64,000 nucleotides of DNA from an uncultured Collinsella sp. (GTDB lineage: Bacteria > Actinomycetota > Coriobacteriia > Coriobacteriales > Coriobacteriaceae): positions 52,347-116,346 of the forward strand of contig CAJKCG010000001.1 in the NCBI GenBank assembly GCA_905198355.1, given 5' to 3'. The stretch's first letter is position 1. Each line of letters opens with the position of its first letter. The translations under genes and the position numbers were made by a program. A model generated the notes under the pieces. That model had not been told where the DNA came from and ran no database searches. It saw only the letters and a list, made by a program, of their open reading frames with translations. Of the stretch, positions 17,156-26,807 are shown one piece after another.

Positions 17156-18556
17156 TTATGCCTCCGCGCGGAGCGGCGCGAAGCTGGCGGTACCGCCCTC
17201 GATAACGCTCAGATAGGCACGGCCCGTACGCTTGGCGGTAGAGGACTGCAGGCGCTCGATCTCTTCCTCGAGGATCTGATTGACGCGCTCGTGACGACGG
17301 TTTTCCATAATGCCGGCGGCAATAGCCTCGGCCCGCTCGATGCTCTCGCGCGAGATACGGGCAGTATCCTCGGGGAACACAGCGCTGTGACGGCCGACAT
17401 AGGCGGGGGCAGCAGGCTGAGGGGCAGCGACGGGAGCGGGGGCTGCAACAGGAGCAGGCTCGTCAATCTCATCCAGAATCGCGGTGGCGGCGGCCCACAT
17501 GTCCTCGTGGCCCGAGTAATCGGCCATGGGGACATCAACCTCGAGCGAGGCGTCCGGAAGGTCGCCGGTGTCGATGCGATCTTGGGCATCAATCGATGCG
17601 GTGATGGCTGCAGGCTCATCGAGGTCATCGAGATCGATGTCCGCGGCACCGGAAATGATAGGCATGCTGGCGAGGTTTGCGTTGTACGGCGCAGCCTCAG
17701 CCGCCTGCTGCTGGGCAGGAGCGCCCCAAAGCGAGCTTTCGGCGGCACGGCGGGCGGCAACGGCCTCCTCGTCCGCGGTCATGGCTTCATCAACGTACGA
17801 ATTATCGGCAGAAACGTTCGCGTCCGCCGAGGTAGCGCTGTAGGCGTTATTGGCTGCCGCGTTGGCAACGAGTGCCACAAAAGCCGCCGTGCTGCCCGCA
17901 GGGGCGGCCTGGGAGCCCGACACGGCACGCGCCGCGGCGGCGATGTCGTCGCGATTGAAGGAGCCGGTCTGCCCGCCGTTGGTGAGCTCGTCGATGGCGA
18001 CTTGATAGACGTCGCGCGAGCGCGCAGGGTCGCAGCTCACCGGCGAATCGTCGTCGAGCATGCTGTCGATCATGGACCAAGCCTCGGCCTCGTCCATAGC
18101 ATCTGCGGCACGAGCAATGGTAGGAACACCATCGTCGGCATGACGACGCTGGAACGCACCAGTCAGGCCGGAAAGGAATGCCGAGTTAGACTGCTCCGAC
18201 TGAGCCTGAGAAGCAGAAGTCGCAGCGTAAGGAGTCGCATCCTGCTGCTGAGCTGGAATCGAGGCGGTCTTGAACTCGCTTTGATGCTGATTGAGATTGG
18301 CGGCACCGCCCATGGCATCGGGCTGGAACAGACGCTCTTCACGCTGCGCACGATACTCGGAGATACCCAGCGAGGCGGCATAGATACCCACGCCCGCCAC
18401 CGCGCCCACGGCGAAGGGAACAGCGCCCGCGACAACCGTCTCGTTGACCGACGAGAACGGCAGCGTCGCGGCATACATCACCACGGGGGCGGCAAGGCCG
18501 ATCCCGCAGGAAAGTCCGGCAAGGACTGCTCGTTGTGTTGCATCAGAAGAAGCCAT
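17156..18556 (-). CDS. membrane-anchored Ala/Asp-rich protein of unknown function
   Basis: N-terminal 2 TM helices, long low-complexity region, C-terminal coiled coil. ATG at 18556 with GGGGAG RBS. Confidence 0.5.
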   Translation of the reverse strand: MASSDATQRAVLAGLSCGIGLAAPVVMYAATLPFSSVNETVVAGAVPFAVGAVAGVGIYAASLGISEYRAQREERLFQPDAMGGAANLNQHQSEFKTASIPAQQQDATPYAATSASQAQSEQSNSAFLSGLTGAFQRRHADDGVPTIARAADAMDEAEAWSMIDSMLDDDSPVSCDPARSRDVYQVAIDELTNGGQTGSFNRDDIAAAARAVSGSQAAPAGSTAAFVALVANAAANNAYSATSADANVSADNSYVDEAMTADEEAVAARRAAESSLWGAPAQQQAAEAAPYNANLASMPIISGAADIDLDDLDEPAAITASIDAQDRIDTGDLPDASLEVDVPMADYSGHEDMWAAATAILDEIDEPAPVAAPAPVAAPQPAAPAYVGRHSAVFPEDTARISRESIERAEAIAAGIMENRRHERVNQILEEEIERLQSSTAKRTGRAYLSVIEGGTASFAPLRAEA

Positions 18557-18870
18557 GAGCTCTCCCCATCTTCCAGCACCCAAATCGCATCATTAAGTTG
18601 GCTGCGCGAGAGAAGATGAAGCGGGACATGCGTCCCAAAGCAACGGTATATGGTTCGTTTCATCTGCGTTTTCCGTCGCGAAGCTTAAAAGTTATTATGC
18701 GAAACCGACCCTCCGATTGCAAGCGGCGATGCCGGATTGTGGCTCGAAAACCGCTGCTTGTCGGTCATAAGGTCAAAAAATGTTGCCGAGTGGCACCATA
18801 AAGAAAGGGCCGGGATATAAACCCCGGCCCTATTGCCCATTCTTATGGCAGCTTTGCGCGCAGTTATGGT

Positions 18871-21420
18871 CTAAAACGTCTGCTCGTAATCACTGTGTTT
18901 TTTGGCCGAACGCACCAGGAACTCCTGGTTGGTGTTGGTGCCCTTAAGACCCTTGATAAACGACGTCGCCGCGCGCTCGGTATTGTTCATGCCGGCGAGT
19001 ATGCGACGCAGGCCAAAGACAAACGGGCGCATCTGCTCGTCGACCAGCAGGTCCTCGTTGCGCGTACCGGAGGCAACGGGATCGATGGCCGGGAAGATGC
19101 GACGATCGGCAAGGTCGCGGTCGAGCTTGAGCTCCATGTTACCGGTGCCCTTGAACTCCTCAAAGATGACCTCGTCCATCTTTGAGCCGGTGTCGATGAG
19201 GGCGGAGGCAAGAATGGTAAGCGAGCCGCCGTTCTCGATGTTGCGGGCTGCACCCAGGAAGCGCTTGGGCGGATACAGGGCCGCCGAATCGACACCGCCC
19301 GAAAGGATACGGCCCGAAGCGGGCGCCGCCAGGTTGTAGGCGCGGGCAAGACGCGTGATGGAGTCGAGCACCACCACGACATCGCCGCCCAGCTCCACGA
19401 TGCGCTTGGCGCGCTCGATGACGAGCTCGGCCACGCGGGTGTGGTTGTCGGCGGGCATATCGAAGGTCGAGGCCACGACCTCGCCCTTGATGGAGCGCTG
19501 CATATCGGTGACCTCTTCGGGGCGCTCGTCGACGAGCAGGCAGATCAGGTGCACCTCGGGGTTATTGATCGAGATGGACTGGCAGATCTTCTTGAGGATC
19601 GTGGTCTTGCCGGCCTTGGGCGGCGACACGATCAGGCCGCGCTGGCCCTTGCCGATCGGCGACACGATATCGATGGCGCGACCGGTGATGGAGTCCTTGC
19701 CGTGCTCCATACGCAGCGGCTCGTTGGGATAGACCGGGGTCAGATCGCCGAACTTGGGGCGGTTGCGGATCTGCTCGGGATCCAGCCCGTTGACGGTCGT
19801 GATCTTGGCGAGGCCGGCGCGCTTGTCGCCGCCGCGCGAGGGGCGCAGGGAGCCCTCAATGACATCGCCCGTGCGCAGGCGCGCGGAGCGGATGAGGTAA
19901 GCCGGAACGAAGGCGTCGTCGTTGGACTTCATATAGCCATGGGCATGGATGATGCCGGAGCTGTCCGGACGAATCTGCAGGATACCCTTAATGTCGCGGA
20001 AGCCCTCGGCCTTCGCGGCGGTGGTGTAGATCTCCTCGACGAGCTCAGCCTTCTTTTTGCCGGTCGTCTCGATCTCGAACTCTTTTGCCTTCTCGCGCAG
20101 CTCGGCGACCTTCATGGCCGCAAGCTCCTCGCGCGAAAGCGTGGGCTCGGTGGGGGCGGCGTTACGCTCCTTGTTGCGCTGCTTGCGGTCGCGCTGGCGG
20201 TTGCGGCGGTCGTTGTTGCGATCGTCCTTGCGCTCGTTGCGCTCGTCGTTGCGCTTGTGCTGGCGACGGTTGGGACGAGTGCCGTCTTCGCCCTCGGCGG
20301 GCGCGGCGCCATCGGTTGCGACGGCGTCAACATTGGCCGCAGCGGCGTCATTGGCCTCGGCGCCGGTATCGACCTGCGCTTCGACGCCAGCCTGCTGCTC
20401 GGCGGCCTTGGCCTTAGCGGACTTCTTACGGCCGCGCTTGGGTTTCTCGGACGCAGGCTGTTCGACGTCCTGGGGCTCGGCGGCATCAGCCGATGCATCG
20501 GCGGTCGTCTCGGCGGAATCCTCGGACGCACCCTTCTTGGCAGCCTTGGCCTTGGACGTGCGCTTAGCAGCAGTACGACGGCTGCGACCGGGACGGACGT
20601 CGGCGGGCTCGGCATCGGCGGGAGCGGCCTCGGAAGTCGTAGCATCCTGGACGGGTGCATCGGCAGCGGTTGCAGACTCGGCGGTCGCCGCAGCATCCCG
20701 AGCGGCGGCGGCTGCTGCTGCGGCCTTCTCTGCCTCGACAAAGGCCTTGGGCTTGCGACCGCGACGGTGCGGGCGCAAAGCCGGATCGACAACGGGAACT
20801 TCGCTGGCCTCGACAGGCACAGCGGGCTCAACAGGCGATGTGCCCTCCCCTGCCGCGGAACGGACCGAAGCCTCAGTGAGCTCGGGGGTTACCTGTTCAG
20901 CAACCTGCTCGGCCTTAGCAGCCGTGCGGCGGCGTGTGCGCGGTACCGGCTTCTCGGTCGGCTGGTCGGCGACAGGGGTCTCGGTGGCGGCAGGCGTCTC
21001 GGGCACAGACGGAGCTGCAAGCTCGGTCAGAGCCGCGGCCTCGCGCTCGGCAGCACGACGGCGGGCGCGCACCACCTGAGCCTCGCTAATCTGCGCCAAC
21101 GCACGTGCCTGCGCGACCTCATCGGAAATCGGCGCCGAGGAGTCAGCTGCAACGGTGCGCTTGACGCGCGTCGTGCGCGTGGTACGGCGCTTGGGCTTGG
21201 TGACCTCCTCGCCGTCAGCGGTAGGCTTGGCCGTGCGGCTCGTACGCATGGGCTTTGCCGGAGCAGCCTCCTCACCAGTTGCAGGCGCAGGCGTCGAAGC
21301 AGCCTTAGGCGTCTCGGGAGCCGAGGCTTGCGCGGGCGCCGCGACCTGGTCCGACGCAACCGGTGCAGCGGGAGCGGCTTGCGTCGTCGTTATTTCGTTT
21401 TCTTGCTGTTGATCAGACAC
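18871..21420 (-). CDS. rho: transcription termination factor Rho with ~400-aa disordered N-terminal extension
   Basis: C-terminal core with Walker A GKTTILK... and Rho RNA-binding/ATPase motifs; GTG start. Confidence 0.9.
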   Translation of the reverse strand: MSDQQQENEITTTQAAPAAPVASDQVAAPAQASAPETPKAASTPAPATGEEAAPAKPMRTSRTAKPTADGEEVTKPKRRTTRTTRVKRTVAADSSAPISDEVAQARALAQISEAQVVRARRRAAEREAAALTELAAPSVPETPAATETPVADQPTEKPVPRTRRRTAAKAEQVAEQVTPELTEASVRSAAGEGTSPVEPAVPVEASEVPVVDPALRPHRRGRKPKAFVEAEKAAAAAAAARDAAATAESATAADAPVQDATTSEAAPADAEPADVRPGRSRRTAAKRTSKAKAAKKGASEDSAETTADASADAAEPQDVEQPASEKPKRGRKKSAKAKAAEQQAGVEAQVDTGAEANDAAAANVDAVATDGAAPAEGEDGTRPNRRQHKRNDERNERKDDRNNDRRNRQRDRKQRNKERNAAPTEPTLSREELAAMKVAELREKAKEFEIETTGKKKAELVEEIYTTAAKAEGFRDIKGILQIRPDSSGIIHAHGYMKSNDDAFVPAYLIRSARLRTGDVIEGSLRPSRGGDKRAGLAKITTVNGLDPEQIRNRPKFGDLTPVYPNEPLRMEHGKDSITGRAIDIVSPIGKGQRGLIVSPPKAGKTTILKKICQSISINNPEVHLICLLVDERPEEVTDMQRSIKGEVVASTFDMPADNHTRVAELVIERAKRIVELGGDVVVVLDSITRLARAYNLAAPASGRILSGGVDSAALYPPKRFLGAARNIENGGSLTILASALIDTGSKMDEVIFEEFKGTGNMELKLDRDLADRRIFPAIDPVASGTRNEDLLVDEQMRPFVFGLRRILAGMNNTERAATSFIKGLKGTNTNQEFLVRSAKKHSDYEQTF

Positions 21421-21590
21421 AGTGTTTGCTCAACTTTCTTTCCAAGCCCTGTGATCACATGCTCCCTGCATAAACCTTCAGGGCGGCTAAACAGTCTAGT
21501 TCCGTTCAAAACGACGGACATCATTGATCTGTATCGAGATGATTGCGTCAACTACGCAGCGTTAGTGTAACACAACCGCCGTCACCTGCA

Positions 21591-21640
21591 ACTTAGTCAT
21601 CGGGGACGTTCATAAACGACTAGTCAAAAGGGATACTCTT
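21591..21640. repeat. ~50-bp repeat (copy 1): ACTAGTCatcggggacgttcataaacGACTAGT hairpin plus GGATACTCTT
   Basis: Near-identical copy at 41131-41180. Confidence 0.6.
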
Positions 21641-21686
21641 TGGTTTACCGCCCACAAATCCGACCGCCTCCGCCAAAACTATGGCG

Positions 21687-21815
21687 GTTTACTACGATGA
21701 ATCGCTCAACCGCGACTACTCCGAAACCGGTTGAACTAAAACCGCAGGTAGATGCCTTGCGCTTTTTTGCGAAAAGCCGGCGTGGTTGGAAATTCTCAAT
21801 TCATCGTAGTAAACC
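21687..21815. promoter_or_regulatory. rho leader region with a 17-bp perfect inverted repeat (GGTTTACTACGATGAAT / ATTCATCGTAGTAAACC) separated by ~95 bp
   Basis: Seen directly, inside the 530-bp 5' leader of rho. Confidence 0.5.
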
Positions 21816-21870
21816 GGCATAGTTTCGTATTTCCAGCAGTTCCAAATTCGTCAATACGTCGGCATTTGCG

Positions 21871-21903
21871 AAAAAAGCCCGACCTCCGTGGGAGATCGGG
21901 CTT
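21871..21903 (-). terminator. argS rho-independent terminator
   Basis: GCCCGATCTCCCACGGAGGTCGGGC followed by TTTTTT on the minus strand. Confidence 0.65.
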
Positions 21904-21949
21904 ATAGGGCTCAGTTAAACCAAACCTGCGCGGTCAAATGACCCGTAGC

Positions 21950-23803
21950 TTACATCTGCTCGGGAGCGGAGACACCAACGAGGGTGAGCACCAGGGCGAG
22001 CGTCACACGGACGGCATCACAAGCGGCCAGACGGGCACGCGAAAGCTCGGGGTCGACGGGACGACCCTCGCTCGGCAGCACCTGGCAGGCAGCGTAAAAG
22101 CTGTGGAAGTCACCGGCGAGTTCCTCGGCAAAGTGGGTCAGACGGAACGGAGCGCGATCGCGAGCGCAGCTGGCGATCAGGTCGGTGAGCTCGTTGAGCT
22201 TGCGCGAAAGGGCGAGCTCGGTCGGGTCGGTCAGCAGCGAGTAATCGACGTTCTCACCGATGGCCTTGGCGGCAACGGCCTTCATGCCCATCTCGTCGGC
22301 CTGCTCGGGCGTAACGTCGGCGGCACGGCGCAGGATGGAGCACACGCGGGCATGAGCATACTGCACGTAATAGACCGGGTTGGAGTTGTCGCGCTTCTTG
22401 ACGGCCTCGATATCGAAGTCGACCATCTGGTTGGAGCTCTTGGAGATGAGCGTGTAGCGAGCGGCATCGGAGCCGACCTCGTCGACGAGCTCCTGCAGGG
22501 TCACCATGGTGCCCTTGCGCTTGGACATACGGACGGGCTTGCCGTTACGCAGCAGGTTGACGAGCTGGCCCAGTAGAACCTCGAACTTGCCGGGGTAACC
22601 CAGAGCGTCGCAGACGCAGCGGACGCGCTCGATGTAACCGTGGTGGTCGGCGCCCCAGATGTCGATGACGTGATCGACGCGCTGGAACTTATCCCAGTGA
22701 TAGGCAACATCGGAGGCGAAGTAGGTGTACTCGCCGTCGGACTTGATCAGGACGCGGTCCTTGTCGTCGCCCAGGTCGGTGGAACGGAACCACAGGGCGC
22801 CGTCCTTGGTGTAGAGGTAGCCCATCTTGTCGAGCTTCTCAAAAGCGCGGTCGACGGCAGAGGTACCGGCGGTCTCGCCCTCGGTGTCCTTCACGTACAG
22901 CGAGCGCTCGGAGTACCAACGATCGAAGTCGCAATTGACGGCGTGGCAGAGGTCGCGCATGTTGTCGACCATCTTCACATAGCCGCGCTCGCGGAAGCTC
23001 TCCATGCGCTCCTGCGGATCGGCATTGACCCACTTGTCGCCGTCGGTGCGCCAGAACTCGGCAGCCTCGTCGATGATGTAGTCGCCGCCGTAGGAGTCCT
23101 TGCCCAGAGTCTCGGCAAAGTTGTCCTGATACGGATGGGTCTCGGGGTGCTCGTCGTTCTCGTCGGCAACAAAGGCGTCGCGGTCGGCGATCAGCAGCTT
23201 GTGAGCCTCGTCGATATCCACGCCCTGCTTGGCGATGATGTCGGCAAGCTGCATATAGCGCGTGCTGATGGAGTTGCCGAAGGTGTTCATCTGAGAGCCG
23301 TGGTCGTTGATGTAGAACTCACGCTGGATGTCGTAACCGGCGTGGTCCATAACACGGCAGAGCGAGTCGCCCAGCGCGGCCCAGCGGCCGTGGCCGATGT
23401 GCATGGGGCCGACGGGGTTAGCGGAAACGAACTCGACCTGGGTCTTCAGGCCACCACCGACGTTAGACTTAGCGAAGTCCATACCCTTCTCGCGAGCCTC
23501 GCCAAAGATGGCATTCTTGACGGCAACGGAGAGGTAGAAGTTGATGAAGCCGGGGCCTGCGATCTCGACCTTCTCGATCGCGGGGTCCTCGGGCATATGG
23601 GCAACGATGGCCTCGGCGATCTTGCGCGGGGCGCAGTGGGCCAGCTTGGCGGACTTCAGGGCCATGGTAGAGGTCCACTCGCCATGAGAAGTGTCAGCCG
23701 GTCGCTCGATGGCGCAATCGTCAAGTTCAAATGCGGAAAGGTCGCCGGCCTCCTGAGCCGCAGCAAGCGCAGCGCGTACCAGCTCTTCAATCTTCTCGGG
23801 CAT
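21950..23803 (-). CDS. argS: arginine--tRNA ligase
   Basis: 617 aa from ATG at 23803 with AAGGAGGA RBS; HIGH-type motif PMHIGHGR and class I ArgRS architecture. Confidence 0.9.
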   Translation of the reverse strand: MPEKIEELVRAALAAAQEAGDLSAFELDDCAIERPADTSHGEWTSTMALKSAKLAHCAPRKIAEAIVAHMPEDPAIEKVEIAGPGFINFYLSVAVKNAIFGEAREKGMDFAKSNVGGGLKTQVEFVSANPVGPMHIGHGRWAALGDSLCRVMDHAGYDIQREFYINDHGSQMNTFGNSISTRYMQLADIIAKQGVDIDEAHKLLIADRDAFVADENDEHPETHPYQDNFAETLGKDSYGGDYIIDEAAEFWRTDGDKWVNADPQERMESFRERGYVKMVDNMRDLCHAVNCDFDRWYSERSLYVKDTEGETAGTSAVDRAFEKLDKMGYLYTKDGALWFRSTDLGDDKDRVLIKSDGEYTYFASDVAYHWDKFQRVDHVIDIWGADHHGYIERVRCVCDALGYPGKFEVLLGQLVNLLRNGKPVRMSKRKGTMVTLQELVDEVGSDAARYTLISKSSNQMVDFDIEAVKKRDNSNPVYYVQYAHARVCSILRRAADVTPEQADEMGMKAVAAKAIGENVDYSLLTDPTELALSRKLNELTDLIASCARDRAPFRLTHFAEELAGDFHSFYAACQVLPSEGRPVDPELSRARLAACDAVRVTLALVLTLVGVSAPEQM

Positions 23804-24145
23804 AGATCCTCCTTGTGTTAAAGCCCCCGAGCTCTTGGTCACTCGTAGGGCAAAAGCCAGAGTTTGTAGCACTCTATCACAAGCGACGGGCACTGTCGCA
23901 GGGTAAAGCTAATAGATATCGCATATGCACAAAAATGACTACAGCTTGTATGGAGTCACTCAAAGATGCCAGTCTGCCTGCAGATTATGCAGGCGTTGAA
24001 AATGCATAAAGGTGTGAATGAGCTGCGTCTGTTATCGAATACTCTTACCTATCAGAGTTGTGTGCTTTTCCTGCATAAAGTGAGGATTTGCGCACGTCAG
24101 CGTGTTATTCTAGACATACGTAAATTCGTATAAGTTGGAGGTAGC

Positions 24146-24631
24146 ATGTTCTCAATCGGTCAACACGTCATTCATCCGGGTCAGGGAGTCTGCACCGTCG
24201 TCGGTTTTAGGGACGACACACCGCAGCCCATGCTGTTGCTCGAGACCAAGCAGGGACATGCGCAGACGATCCTTATGTACCCCGTGGCGCAGGCCGACCG
24301 TTTGCACGCCGCCATCTCGCAGCAAGATGCCGAGCACCTGCTGAGCCACTATGACGAGCTGGAGTGCGACACCTTTACCGAGCGCAACAGCTCGCTTGAG
24401 GAGACGCACTTTAAGCAGCAGCTCAAGCTGGGCGCGCCCGAGACGGTCCGCGTGGCAAAGACCATGATGCACCGCATTCGCCAGGCCGAGGAAGCCGATA
24501 AAAAGCCCAGCTCTTACTATATGCGTGTACTCAAGGAAGCCAAGCGCCGCTCCATCGAGGAGTTCGCCGTGGCATTGGGCGTCACCGAGGAGGCCGCCGA
24601 AGCCCGCCTAGCCCAAGCCGCCCTCAACTAA
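24146..24631 (+). CDS. CarD/CdnL-family RNAP-binding transcription regulator
   Basis: 161 aa; the N-terminal Tudor-like domain resembles CarD_CdnL_TRCF. Confidence 0.5.
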   Translation: MFSIGQHVIHPGQGVCTVVGFRDDTPQPMLLLETKQGHAQTILMYPVAQADRLHAAISQQDAEHLLSHYDELECDTFTERNSSLEETHFKQQLKLGAPETVRVAKTMMHRIRQAEEADKKPSSYYMRVLKEAKRRSIEEFAVALGVTEEAAEARLAQAALN

Positions 24632-24643
24632 CCCATCCGCGCC

Positions 24644-24687
24644 AAAAACCACCACAAAGGGGACAGGCACCTTTGTGGTGGTTTTTT
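24644..24687. repeat. 40-bp hairpin repeat, copy 1 (AAAACCACCACAAAGG-loop-CCTTTGTGGTGGTTTT)
   Basis: Perfect 16-bp stem; loop GGACAGGCA. Confidence 0.8.
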
Positions 24688-24748
24688 CGTTCTAGTCGTT
24701 CTAGTAGTATTCATTCTTATTGATACCCACGAGCACAAGGAGTCTCTT

Positions 24749-25348
24749 ATGGCAGAGCCGCTTACCGCCGGAATCACCCGCGACCGCGCGTTCGAACTGC
24801 TCAACGAACACAACAAGGACCCGTTCCACATCACCCATGGCGAGACGGTCGAGGGCACTATGCGCTACTTTGCGCGCGAGTTCGACCCCGAGAACGAGGA
24901 GTTTTGGGGCATCGTCGGTCTGCTGCACGACCTGGATTGGGAGGAGCATGAGGACGACCCCATGAACCACACCATCTATGCGGCCGAGATCCTTGAAGGC
25001 GAGGGCGCCTCTCCCGATCTCATTCGCGCCATTCAGACGCACACGTCGGACTTCAACACCTCGCTGCCCAAGCCCGAGCTGCAGATGGAAAAGATCCTGT
25101 TTGCCTGCGACGAGCTCACCGGCCTGATCGGTGCTGCCGTCATCATGCGTCCGAGTAAGAGCGTCATGGACTTTACGACCAAGTCGCTCAAGAAAAAGTT
25201 CAAGGACAAGCGCTTTGCCGCCGGCTGCTCGCGCGACGTGATTACGCAGGGTGCCGAGATGCTGGGCTGGGAGCTCCCCGAACTCTTCGACCGTACCATC
25301 GCGGCCATGCAGTCCTTCGCCCCCGACCGCGACACCTTTCAGGCTTAA
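24749..25348 (+). CDS. HD-domain phosphohydrolase
   Basis: 199 aa; H...HD...D metal-binding residues (HITHGE...LHDLDW); AAGGAG RBS. Confidence 0.65.
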   Translation: MAEPLTAGITRDRAFELLNEHNKDPFHITHGETVEGTMRYFAREFDPENEEFWGIVGLLHDLDWEEHEDDPMNHTIYAAEILEGEGASPDLIRAIQTHTSDFNTSLPKPELQMEKILFACDELTGLIGAAVIMRPSKSVMDFTTKSLKKKFKDKRFAAGCSRDVITQGAEMLGWELPELFDRTIAAMQSFAPDRDTFQA

Positions 25349-25352
25349 TTCC

Positions 25353-25394
25353 AAAACCACCACAAAGGGGACAGGCACCTTTGTGGTGGTTTTT
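25353..25394. repeat. 40-bp hairpin repeat, copy 2
   Basis: Identical stem; same loop orientation as copy 1. Confidence 0.8.
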
Positions 25395-25407
25395 GTTTGC
25401 GCGGGCG

Positions 25408-26694
25408 TTAGGGGCGGACCTGGCCGGTGCCTCGGAGCTTGTATTTGTAGGTGGTGAGGGCCTCGGCGGCAAAGGGGCCGCGGGCGTGGAGCTTTTGGGT
25501 CGAGATGCCGATCTCGGCGCCCAGTCCAAACTCGCCGCCGTCGGTGAAGCGCGTGCTGGCGTTGGCGTACACGGCCGAGGCGTCAACCTGATCCAGGAAG
25601 CGCTCGCAGGCGTCCACATCCTCGGCGATGATGGCCTCGGAATGCATGGTGCCATAGCGGTTGATGTGCGCGATGGCCTCATCCTCGTTCGCAACGACCT
25701 TCACGCTCATCTCGAGCGCCAGGTACTCGCGGCCCCAGTCTTCCTCGGTCGCGGCCGCGTAGTCATCGCCCTCAGCAAGACCGGCATCAGCGCACGCGGC
25801 GCACGTGGCCTCGTCACCGTGAATCAGTACACCGTGGTCGTGCAGCACGGCCGCGGCCGCAGACAAAAACGAATCTGCCACGGCGCGGTCGACCAGCAGC
25901 GACTCGGCGGCATTGCACACGCCCACGCGCTGGGTCTTGGCATTGACGATAATGTTGAGCGCTTTATCGAAGTCGGCGGATTCATGGACGTAGATATGGC
26001 AGTTGCCCGTACCCGTCTCGATCACCGGTACGAGCGACTCGCGCACGCAGCGCTGGATCAGGCCCGCACCGCCACGTGGGATGAGCACATCGACAATACC
26101 GCGGAGCTTCATGAGCTCGCCGGTGGCCTCGCGGTCGGTAGACTCGATCATCGAGACGGCCTCGCGCGGGAAACCCTGAGCCTCAAGTGCATCGGCCAGC
26201 AGTTCGGCAATCATGGCGCACGAGTGATACGCCAGCGAACCGCCGCGCAGGATGCAGGAGTTGCCGGTGCGGATGCAGATGCCCGCGGCGTCGGCCGTCA
26301 CGTTGGGGCGCGCCTCGTAGACCATGGCGACCAGGCCCAGCGGCACAGTCACACGCGTAAGGTCCACACCGCTTGCAAGCACGCGGTGGTCGAGCACGCG
26401 GCCGACGGGATCGGGCAGATCGGCAAGCTTCTCCAGGCCGGCGGCCATGCCCTCGACGCGCTCGGGCGTCAGCAGCAGGCGGTCGAGAAGCCCCGCCGAG
26501 GTGCCCGCATCGCGCGCGGCGGACATATCGAACTCGTTGGCGGCAACGATGGAATCAGCGCCATCGCGCAGCGCCGCGGCCATGGCGCGCACGGCCTCCT
26601 GGCGCTGGGCATCGCTCGCCGTGGCAAGCGCGGCAGAAGCGACCTTGGCCTCGACAGCAAGATCGTGGACATACGTGGCTATATCGACCGACAT
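25408..26694 (-). CDS. proA: gamma-glutamyl phosphate reductase
   Basis: 428 aa; aldehyde dehydrogenase-type ProA family with catalytic Cys region. Confidence 0.9.
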   Translation of the reverse strand: MSVDIATYVHDLAVEAKVASAALATASDAQRQEAVRAMAAALRDGADSIVAANEFDMSAARDAGTSAGLLDRLLLTPERVEGMAAGLEKLADLPDPVGRVLDHRVLASGVDLTRVTVPLGLVAMVYEARPNVTADAAGICIRTGNSCILRGGSLAYHSCAMIAELLADALEAQGFPREAVSMIESTDREATGELMKLRGIVDVLIPRGGAGLIQRCVRESLVPVIETGTGNCHIYVHESADFDKALNIIVNAKTQRVGVCNAAESLLVDRAVADSFLSAAAAVLHDHGVLIHGDEATCAACADAGLAEGDDYAAATEEDWGREYLALEMSVKVVANEDEAIAHINRYGTMHSEAIIAEDVDACERFLDQVDASAVYANASTRFTDGGEFGLGAEIGISTQKLHARGPFAAEALTTYKYKLRGTGQVRP

Positions 26695-26807
26695 GGACGG
26701 CCCTTTCTCTTAGACGTTTGCCAACCATGGTAGCCGATTTATGCGCATCCTCGCCGACGGCGGTAGAATTGGTCAACCCGAAACACCGCAACGAATGGAA
26801 GCATCAC

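Noticed and set aside
16868-18619. 583-aa plus-strand ORF
   Set aside because: It is antisense to the membrane-protein gene. The Gly/Arg-rich low-complexity translation is typical of open antisense frames in high-GC DNA.
19441-21570. 709-aa and 340-aa plus-strand ORFs
   Set aside because: They are antisense to rho. The products are Arg/Gly/Leu-rich with no start context, and rho on the opposite strand is unambiguous.
21938-23821. 212-aa and 393-aa plus-strand ORFs
   Set aside because: They are antisense to argS.
25381-26733. 450-aa plus-strand ORF
   Set aside because: It is antisense to proA.
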